DNA of 55,533 nucleotides from the IMG/VR virus record IMGVR_UViG_3300021425_000046, positions 1 to 55,533 of that record. One strand, written 5' to 3'. The DNA is from a virus (lineage: Duplodnaviria > Caudoviricetes). Shown piece by piece: positions 10,685-18,100 of this stretch. The translations under genes were made by a program, and so were the position numbers. The notes beneath the pieces are model-generated. The model was not told the origin of the DNA. It worked only from the letters and a program-made list of their open reading frames with translations, and searched no databases. Within the stretch, counting starts at the first letter, position 1, and each line of letters starts with the position of its first letter.

Positions 10685-11922
10685 TGTCATTAACTAACAA
10701 ACCAGTATCGGAAGATACAGCAGTAAAATTATCAGGTAATGTACCTAAAGGTGAAGGAGAATATTCTGGACAGTATGGTGGTCCAGTTATAGATGCCTTC
10801 ACAGAAATGGGATCTGCATCCATCGCTAGTTATAAGTATAGTGATGGATCAAATGGATTCGCTATATTTTCTGCGGCATGGGCATTTCATGTAGATAACA
10901 ATAACAATTTTATCTTTACTGCTGGTCCCCCATCTCAAGGTGGATGTGGTGGTAAACTAATTCAAAAGAGTGAAGCTATTGTTCAGCGAACTGGTTCTGT
11001 TTCTACTCATGTTACTGGAAGAAAAGATGATGGTGTTACGAAACAAGAAGTAAAAGATGGTGGCATAGAAGAATCAAAACTTCCTGCTTACTCGCTTAAA
11101 GTTGAAGGTGATATTCTTTTAGAATCAGTTGGCGGTGAGGTTGTGCTGAAGGGAGACAATATTACTCTTAATGCTCTCAATACACTTAACTTGAAATCAG
11201 GTAAAGATATTAATCTCCAAGCGGGAGATGAGAGCGGTAAAATTTCTATTAACTGCAGTAAATTTGATTTAAATACAGCATTTTTTAACAAGAATATTTC
11301 TGGTGGAGAATATTCTAAAGGCTCTGGAGAAACTTCAACTGAACAATATAATCCAAATGCAACTACAGAAATATTAACTCCAGGTAGTATTAAATACATG
11401 GTAAACGGTAACTATGAAGTGGGTGTTACTGGAGATTACAAGCAAATTGTTAACGGTCATTATAGTTTATCAGTTGATAAAGATTATGCTCACACTGTAA
11501 AAGGTGACTACTCTATGAAGGTAGAGGGTAAAGCGAAATCAGTATTCAATGGCATCAATAAAACTTCTGCTCAACAAGAAACATATATCCTAGAAATTGG
11601 CGTAGCAAAAAAAGAAACACCTTCTTACTTAATTAGTTCTGGATCTGGTGTGAAGATTGAAACATTAACTGATGGTTTCTTGGTGGAAACTGCAAAGCAA
11701 GCAAGCAAGTTAGAACTTACCGAAAAAGAATTGACTGCATCTATTGGTAAAAAACTTGGACAACTCTCGGTATCAGAAAAAGAATCTAAAATTAGTTTTG
11801 GTGAAACATCTTCTGTTGTTGCAGAAACTTCAAAGGCGGAGTTGAAATTTGGAGAGACATCCACAGTAACTGCAGATGGATCTGGAGTATCGGTCAAGGG
11901 GACAGCCATCTATCTGAACTAG
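10684..11922 (+). CDS. gp5 C-terminal-like triple beta-helix spike protein
   Basis: Octapeptide VxGxYxxx repeats (VNGNYEVG VTGDYKQI VNGHYSLS VKGDYSMK) and C-terminal IYLN; TAATG overlap with gp5 stop. Confidence 0.7.
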   Translation: MSLTNKPVSEDTAVKLSGNVPKGEGEYSGQYGGPVIDAFTEMGSASIASYKYSDGSNGFAIFSAAWAFHVDNNNNFIFTAGPPSQGGCGGKLIQKSEAIVQRTGSVSTHVTGRKDDGVTKQEVKDGGIEESKLPAYSLKVEGDILLESVGGEVVLKGDNITLNALNTLNLKSGKDINLQAGDESGKISINCSKFDLNTAFFNKNISGGEYSKGSGETSTEQYNPNATTEILTPGSIKYMVNGNYEVGVTGDYKQIVNGHYSLSVDKDYAHTVKGDYSMKVEGKAKSVFNGINKTSAQQETYILEIGVAKKETPSYLISSGSGVKIETLTDGFLVETAKQASKLELTEKELTASIGKKLGQLSVSEKESKISFGETSSVVAETSKAELKFGETSTVTADGSGVSVKGTAIYLN

Positions 11923-11926
11923 GGGG

Positions 11927-11955
11927 TTGACATCCCAAGACCCTCGTGGTATACT
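11927..11955 (+). promoter_or_regulatory. sigma70-type early promoter, overlapping a CTAAATA late-like element
   Basis: TTGACA-N17-TATACT with extended -10 TG. Confidence 0.85.
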
Positions 11956-11983
11956 AAATAAGTACAAGGGTCGAGGCAGTCGC

Positions 11984-12115
11984 ATGACTATTCCAAATTG
12001 GCAACACCACAGCAAAAAAGAACAGAAGCGGCACCTCAAGCCTCAAGCTTTACGTGCCGCTAAGAAGCGCAGACAAGCCATCAAAAACCGCTTGACAGCA
12101 ACGGGACGAATATGA
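11984..12115 (+). CDS. Small basic hypothetical protein (MTIPNWQHHSKK...)
   Basis: ATG at 11984 preceded by GAGG; downstream of a strong promoter. Confidence 0.65.
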   Translation: MTIPNWQHHSKKEQKRHLKPQALRAAKKRRQAIKNRLTATGRI

Positions 12116-12121
12116 TACGAT
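12092..12121 (+). promoter_or_regulatory. sigma70-type promoter for tRNA genes
   Basis: TTGACA-N18-TACGAT with extended TG; -10 embedded in 8-bp dyad TGATACGA/TCGTATCA. Confidence 0.55.
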
Positions 12122-12139
12122 AGGTTCGTATCAATTCAT

Positions 12140-12211
12140 GGGACTGTTGCTTATTGGTTAAAGCCGTCGCCTTATAAGCGGCAGAACCGAGTTCAATTCT
12201 CGGCAGTCCTA
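12140..12211 (+). tRNA. tRNA-Ile(UAU)
   Basis: Acceptor GGGACTG/CAGTCCT, anticodon arm GTCGC-CTTATAA-GCGGC, TTCAATT T-loop. Confidence 0.9.
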
Positions 12212-12217
12212 CCTGCT

Positions 12218-12290
12218 GCTGGTTTAGCAATCTGGTGAATGCACCCGACTCATAATCGGATATAGGCGAGTTCAATCCTCGCAACCAGCA
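12218..12290 (+). tRNA. tRNA-Met (elongator) or Ile2, anticodon CAU
   Basis: Acceptor GCTGGTT/AACCAGC, anticodon loop CTCATAA, T-arm GCGAG-TTCAATC-CTCGC. Confidence 0.9.
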
Positions 12291-12291
12291 C

Positions 12292-12320
12292 TTGACAATC
12301 TCAGCAATCTATGCTATGAT
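12292..12320 (+). promoter_or_regulatory. sigma70-type promoter
   Basis: TTGACA-N17-TATGAT with extended TG, just upstream of tRNA-Leu. Confidence 0.85.
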
Positions 12321-12333
12321 TGTCTCATACCAC

Positions 12334-12418
12334 GGGGATGTGGTGGAAGTGGTAGACACACCAGACTTAAAATCTGTTGAGCATTGCGCTCGTGGGGGTT
12401 CAAGTCCCCCCGTCCCTA
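12334..12418 (+). tRNA. tRNA-Leu(UAA)
   Basis: Acceptor GGGGATG/CGTCCCT, anticodon loop CTTAAAA, long variable arm. Confidence 0.92.
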
Positions 12419-12419
12419 T

Positions 12420-12445
12420 TCTCACACTAAATATATTGTGTGGGA
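12420..12445 (+). promoter_or_regulatory. Late promoter (CTAAATA) inside an RBS-sequestering hairpin
   Basis: TCTCACAC-taaatatatt-GTGTGGGA; the 3' arm contains the GGGA 8 nt before ATG 12454. Confidence 0.55.
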
Positions 12446-12453
12446 TTTAACAC

Positions 12454-12726
12454 ATGAAATACAAGTACACTCTATCACAGCAATATTGCTTCTATATGGG
12501 AGAAGTTGTGCGTATGTATTTCATACAAGGTATGCCATATACCTTTGACGAACTACCACAAATAGTTCAAGATCATCCTTCTGTGCAAGCAGAAGCATTA
12601 CAACACAGAGATTATGATGATGAGTATCTTTTTATGACATCAAATTATTTGGTGTGTGAAGCTGCTCATCCACTTATGTTTGACCTTGAAGTTGACAATC
12701 CAGATTTATTACCCAAAGATGATTGA
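12454..12726 (+). CDS. Hypothetical cyanophage protein upstream of cpeT
   Basis: 90-aa ORF with RBS and late promoter; overlaps cpeT start. Confidence 0.75.
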   Translation: MKYKYTLSQQYCFYMGEVVRMYFIQGMPYTFDELPQIVQDHPSVQAEALQHRDYDDEYLFMTSNYLVCEAAHPLMFDLEVDNPDLLPKDD

Positions 12727-13246
12727 AAAATTTAAATCCTATCTAGTAGGTAAATTTGAAAACAAGAAACAAGCATTTAAAAATCCTAGTAAGTTTGCCT
12801 ACATTAGAATTACTCATGTTGATATTGGCGATGGTTTATTTTATGGAGAACAAGCATATAATTACAATTTAAAATCTCCTTACCGACAGTTTGTATTAGA
12901 GCCAGTTGAGGAGGACGATCAGATTCGTATTTTAAATTATGAAATTTTAGACAAACATCAGTTTAAAAATTGTCAAAACCTTGACAAATTAGATAGATCT
13001 ATGCTAAAATTGAAAGATGGTTGTGATGTAGTTGTAAAACTTGTAAACAATGTTGCTTTTCAAGGTGGTATAGAAGGTTGTGATTGTTATGTTAAATGGA
13101 TGGATCGTGACACTTATCTAAAAAATCAGATAGAGTTAGGATTAGATTATTATTTTGTTATTGACCAAGGATTTTGTGCAGAACACCATCATCAAATTTG
13201 GGGTTCTAAATATGGTAGATTTGAATTTGCTAGAATGCCTGTGTAG
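12719..13246 (+). CDS. cpeT: CpcT/CpeT-like (T-type) phycobilin lyase
   Basis: G.FEN..QAF.NP..FA.I, YGEQAY......PYRQ, GCD and D.G.......IWGS..G.FEF motifs of the CpcT/CpeT family. Confidence 0.9.
   Translation: MIEKFKSYLVGKFENKKQAFKNPSKFAYIRITHVDIGDGLFYGEQAYNYNLKSPYRQFVLEPVEEDDQIRILNYEILDKHQFKNCQNLDKLDRSMLKLKDGCDVVVKLVNNVAFQGGIEGCDCYVKWMDRDTYLKNQIELGLDYYFVIDQGFCAEHHHQIWGSKYGRFEFARMPV
12981..13010 (+). promoter_or_regulatory. Possible internal sigma70 promoter for downstream tRNAs
   Basis: TTGACA-N18-TAAAAT with extended TG, inside cpeT. Confidence 0.4.
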
Positions 13247-13310
13247 CTCAGCTGGATAGAGCAACGGTTTTGTAAACCGTAGGTCGTCGGTTCAAGTCCG
13301 ACCGTGGGCT
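13237..13310 (+). tRNA. tRNA-Thr(UGU), overlapping the cpeT stop codon
   Basis: Anticodon arm ACGGT-TTTGTAA-ACCGT; acceptor GCCTGTG/CGTGGGC with three G-U pairs. Confidence 0.85.
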
Positions 13311-13344
13311 TTGAAAGGACAGGAAATGTCCAGTTCTTTCAAAC

Positions 13345-13435
13345 GTAGGTGCCAAAACCGCTCCTCATCCCTAGTATTCTGTGGGTGAGTGAAAGTAAAG
13401 AGGGGTAACATAGGTAAAGTTATCTCCACCTACCA
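13345..13435 (+). ncRNA. Putative structured ncRNA (multi-stem, ends ACCA)
   Basis: Closing stem GTAGGTG/CACCTAC encloses CTCATCC/GGGTGAG and GGGGTAAC/GTTATCTC stems. Confidence 0.5.
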
Positions 13436-13439
13436 CAAA

Positions 13440-13517
13440 TCTTCTGCGTAGTCTATTGGTAAGGACACCCCGATAAGGGAGTTGGAAACTGGGTTCGATT
13501 CCCAGCCAGAGGAGCCA
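13440..13517 (+). ncRNA. tRNA-like RNA or pseudo-tRNA with collapsed anticodon arm and encoded CCA
   Basis: D-arm GTCT-ATTGGTAA-GGAC, perfect T-arm CTGGG-TTCGATT-CCCAG, bulged acceptor, anticodon stem only about 3 bp. Confidence 0.6.
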
Positions 13518-13560
13518 TCATTTGCGCTGGAAAGATAAACCAGAATGCCGTGATGGTTAT

Positions 13561-13642
13561 GTCGATGTGGCGGAATTGGTAGACGCACTGGGTTTAGGTT
13601 CCAGTGTCTTCGGACGTGGAGGTTCAAGTCCTCTCATCGACA
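13561..13642 (+). tRNA. tRNA-Leu(UAG)
   Basis: Acceptor GTCGATG/CATCGAC, anticodon loop TTTAGGT, variable arm GTC-TTCG-GAC. Confidence 0.92.
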
Positions 13643-13643
13643 T

Positions 13644-13671
13644 CGAATTTGGGTTTTCCAAATTCGTTTTT
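13644..13671 (+). terminator. Rho-independent terminator
   Basis: CGAATTTGG-gtttt-CCAAATTCG followed by a T run. Confidence 0.7.
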
Positions 13672-13735
13672 CAAATCCACAAAATGGGGAAAAAATTCCC
13701 CGCAAAAAAATCGCCAAAAAAGTCGAGGTAAAAAA

Positions 13736-13876
13736 ATGACGTTACTTTCAAAGAAAGATCACGAAATGGTTATCGAAGCACTTGAGGTATTAATTGAACA
13801 AAAAGATGAAAATACTCGTTTTGAATATTTAAATCTTTTGCAGTGGGTTAAAATCAAATCTAAAGATACGTTTTAA
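13736..13876 (+). CDS. Small hypothetical protein (MTLLSKKDHEMVIEAL...)
   Basis: GAGG RBS before ATG 13736; 46 aa. Confidence 0.65.
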   Translation: MTLLSKKDHEMVIEALEVLIEQKDENTRFEYLNLLQWVKIKSKDTF

Positions 13877-13878
13877 TT

Positions 13879-14289
13879 ATGTCTTTTCATAAATTTGTAT
13901 TTGGCGAAGAGAGGCCTGTTAAGGGAATAACTAGGGTTTGTAAAATTTGTAATATCGAAAAACCAATAGAATGTTATCACGTAAATCGTGGTTCGACACA
14001 TGATCGTCGTAGTGAGTGTAGAGATTGTAGAAAATCTGGGGGTGCAGCTAACTCAAAAGCAGCTATTAAATTGATGAAAAAACACAATATCACTAGACCA
14101 AAATTAGGCACTCCGTGTGCTTGTTGCGGTAGAACTGATAAACCGTTAGTTTGTGACCATATTCATGGGACAGACATAATACGTGGATTTACATGTGATA
14201 ATTGTAACGTGGGTATTGGAAGACTTGGTGATAACCTTTCTTCGCTAGAAAATGCTGTTAAATATCTTAGTGGAAAATATTTAACTTAA
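13879..14289 (+). CDS. Endonuclease VII-family (His-Me finger) nuclease, probable free-standing homing endonuclease
   Basis: CACCG...LVCDHIH...RGFTCDNCNVGIGRLGDN motif plus N-terminal CxxC...CxxC zinc finger. Confidence 0.85.
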   Translation: MSFHKFVFGEERPVKGITRVCKICNIEKPIECYHVNRGSTHDRRSECRDCRKSGGAANSKAAIKLMKKHNITRPKLGTPCACCGRTDKPLVCDHIHGTDIIRGFTCDNCNVGIGRLGDNLSSLENAVKYLSGKYLT

Positions 14290-14292
14290 TAT

Positions 14293-14364
<72 letters not shown>

Positions 14365-14406
14365 TTGGCGATACTGCCAAGAACCAACCCCTTCCGTGTG
14401 CGATAG

Positions 14407-14433
14407 AACCTCTCCTACATAAGGGGAGGTTTT
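14407..14433 (+). terminator. Rho-independent terminator
   Basis: AACCTCTCCT-acata-AGGGGAGGTT followed by Ts. Confidence 0.7.
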
Positions 14434-14448
14434 ATTGTATCTATTAAA

Positions 14449-15084
14449 ATGTATAAAGTATATGATAATATATTATCTAAATCTACCATAATTGATATTT
14501 GTAAAATTTTTTTATATCCATCTTTTCCGTGGTATATTAATCACACTTGCGAAAAGACATTAAGTGATAGATACGCTAATCAATATCCACAATTTCAAAA
14601 TTCTGTTCAGTTATATCATCCATTTTTATCTTATACACAAGTATGGAAAGAATTAGCTATAGATTATTATTATGTTGATAATCTAGAACAGGCGAATAAA
14701 GAAAAAAATATTATCAATAATTTAGTGAAAGAATTTTGTGATAATATTCAAGAAAATTTTAATGATATAGTAATATACAGAGCAAAATCAAATTTACTAT
14801 TACAAAATAATCAAATTACTCCAAATCCTCCACACATAGATTTGGTGGACATAAAGCATAAAGTTCTTTTGTATTATGTGAATGATTCTGATGGTGACAC
14901 TATAATTTACGAAGATAAATCGGCAGAAACAGTTGTGGATAGGATATCACCAAAACAGGGTAGAATTTTATTTTTTGACGGAAATTGCTATCATTCATCA
15001 TCTTCTCCTACTGTTAACAATAAGAGAATTGTCATTAATATTGATCTAGTAAACAAAAAGGATTTGCCTGGGGTTTCTGTATAA
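14449..15084 (+). CDS. 2OG-Fe(II) oxygenase superfamily protein
   Basis: PHID (HxD), YYVNDSDGDT, PKQGRILFFDG..YHSS and RIVIN motifs. Confidence 0.85.
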   Translation: MYKVYDNILSKSTIIDICKIFLYPSFPWYINHTCEKTLSDRYANQYPQFQNSVQLYHPFLSYTQVWKELAIDYYYVDNLEQANKEKNIINNLVKEFCDNIQENFNDIVIYRAKSNLLLQNNQITPNPPHIDLVDIKHKVLLYYVNDSDGDTIIYEDKSAETVVDRISPKQGRILFFDGNCYHSSSSPTVNNKRIVINIDLVNKKDLPGVSV

Positions 15085-15087
15085 ATA
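15080..15087 (+). promoter_or_regulatory. T4 late promoter
   Basis: Perfect TATAAATA upstream of the giant structural gene. Confidence 0.85.
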
Positions 15088-15127
15088 CATTGAAGAAAAG
15101 AACACGCAGCCCAGGGTTTCGGTAATT

Positions 15128-18100
15128 ATGGCTCTTACAAGACTTGATAATCTTTACTCAAGTAAGACGGGAAAATATTTATATGTTTCGCCTGATGACT
15201 TCAATGCAACAGACGAATTAGACAATAGAGGTAATTCGCCTTTAAGACCATTTAAAACAATTCAAAGAGCTTTTCTTGAAGTAGCAAGATTCTCTTATTT
15301 ACCTGGAAAAGATAACGATAGATTTGACCAGTTTAGCATCATGTTGATGCCTGGTGATCACTATATTGATAATCGTCCTGGTCTTATTGATCTTGATGAT
15401 GCTGATAGACAGCGTTATTTTGATGCTAGAAATCTCATCAATGCCAACCGAGACGAGGTTGTAGATAGAGCATTTGCTCAAATAATGATTGATTATCGTG
15501 AAGATCTCTGGGGAACTGACTGGGTAGTTCCTGGTGATGTAACGTCTGATGAGTTTTCACGTTACAAGGATGCATATCGTCTAATTCAAAAGAATAGACA
15601 AGATATTATTGATGGAGCTTATGCTGAAATTGCTATTCAGCATCCAACTTTTGTAAATCCAAATACAGAAAAGTGTCAGCGTGATATTGGGTACTTTATT
15701 GATGCAGTTTCTCTTGATATTTCTCTTGGTGGTGCTAATAAGTATACCAGAAAGTTCCTCCAAAATTATTTCATTGGAAATACCTGGAAGCCAAATACTC
15801 TTGAGGGAGAAGAGGTAGAATCCAACACTGCATTTAATAAAGCAGCCGCTTTAATGAAGCAGGCCATTGCTAATCAATTGACATACAAAGATCTCAGTAT
15901 CACTGCAGATTCTGCAACTGAATCAAATGTAAGTCCAGCATCCTGTGGTAATGTTCAAAATGCTATTGGTACACTCGCTATTCTTGTAACTTCATATATT
16001 ACTCAAGGTAATATTGATGATTTAGACACTACTGCTCCAGAAACAGTTCCAGAAGCTGGCGCTGGAATGTCTAAGTGTAAGCGTGATATTGGATATATTG
16101 TAGATGCTGTGGCATCTGATATTGGAAATGGTGGAAATGCCAGCATCATTGCAGCAACAAAGGCATATTTTAATTCTAACGGAACTCCAATTTCTAATGG
16201 ATTAGTTGGAGAAGAAACGCAATCGGTTATTGCGTTTAATGCTGCCAGAGATATGATGCAGAAGGCAGTAACTAACCAGTTATATGCCAAAGATTTGACT
16301 CTATCCGAGGGTCCAGCTGTTTATGCTAATGGCGGTGCAGCGATTCCAAACCTTCCATCAGGAAATGCTAATACCTGTGTGGATGTTCAAACAACAATTG
16401 CTACACTAATTGCTGTAATTACGTCTGCTATCGAAGATGGTAATCTGGATGGTCTTGCAGATCTTGAAATCAGTGGCGATATTCCTGTATTCTATTTTGA
16501 TCAAGCAAAGCAAGAATGGAATGATCAGTCAGTATTAGATCTTTCTAACCCAGATAACGTTCTTTACAAGTTTAACGCTTCTACTGGTGGTGCTATTGTA
16601 CCCAGAGGTTGTTCACTTGTTGGTTATGACCTTCGTAGAACAATTATTCGTCCTCTTTATGTTCCAGATCCTGCGGACGGAACACAAGGAAGAACTTCTA
16701 TCTTCAACCTAACAGGTGGTTGCTATATTTGGCAGTTTACTATTAAAGATGGAGATCTAACAGAAAATTCACCTCTTTATGATGCAAATGATAGAGTTGG
16801 TAAGGTATATTTCCAAAAAGGTAATAATACTCAATTAGCTATTCCTGAGTATTCGCACCATAAGATCACAATTATGGAATATGCGGAGGACTTTGAGCTT
16901 GAAAAGTATTACCAGAAAGTTGGTAAGTCCTTCTCACTATTCCAGCCTACAATTGATGATGGCGATTTTGAGGCACTACCACAAGAAAACAGAATTGTTG
17001 GACCACTTTCTGACACCAGAAGCATCGTAAATCTACGTCTTGTTTCTCAATCTGTGGTTGGTGGTAGAGATAAAACTCTTATCGAAGCAACCACTAAAAT
17101 TCCACATGGTTACTTTATTGGCCAATATATTGCTATTATTGATAGTGGACTAAATGATCTTCTTAACGGTACATTTAAGGTAGTTGCAATTGATGATGAA
17201 GATCCAAAGAAATTTAGATATGAAGTAGAAACCACTCCAACCATTTTAGGTCTTGAAATTAATGCAGAAGGATACGACGCTGGTTCTACTCCTGCTTTAA
17301 GTGTAAACTGTAGAGCACAAGCAGAAATTGATTCAGTTGAATCTGCATCTCCATATGTATTCAATTGCTCAATCCGTTCTACGTGGGGCATCTGTGGTAT
17401 GTGGGCGGATGGTGCCAAATCAACTGGCTTCCGCTCAATGGTTGTTGCTCAGTATACTGGCGTTTCTCTCCAAAAGGATGATAGAGCATTTATTCGCTAT
17501 GACGAGTTTAGTAATACTTGGAATCAAGCATCTTTAACTGATGCATTTGCTACTATTCCTTATCACACCAAAGGCGATGCATATTGGAAGGATGATTGGA
17601 GAAACTTCCACATTCGTGCTTCCAATGACGCATTCATTCAGTGTGTTTCGGTCTTTGCTGTTGGATTCTTTGATCACTTCCTGATGGAGTCGGGTGGTGA
17701 TATGTCTATCACCAACTCTAACTCCAACTTCGGTAACACTTCACTTCATGCAACTGGATTTAAAGGATTTGCATTTAATCAAGATAAAGGTGGATACATT
17801 ACTGATATCATTCCTGTAGAAGAAGTTGATGACAGTGAATTTAATCAAGAGGATCAAAAATATTATTCAATTGCTATTCAGTCTACAAAAGATCCATCAA
17901 ATAAAACTAAGCTATATTATGGTACTGATGAAGCATATAATCCATTTCAAAAGCCCGCTACTTCTATTAATGGTTATAGAATAGGTGCAAAAACTGGAGA
18001 AAAATTATTTGTAAAAATTAAATCTAGTGTAGGAACAACTATTCCATTTGAATCTACTGTATCTCCTAATGGATTTAAGCGTTATACAGTATCTCTAGAT

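Noticed and set aside
13522-13731. ORFs 13522-13731, 13430-13627, 12081-12284 and the 5' extension of 13604
   Set aside because: They overlap tRNA genes and the terminator; spurious.
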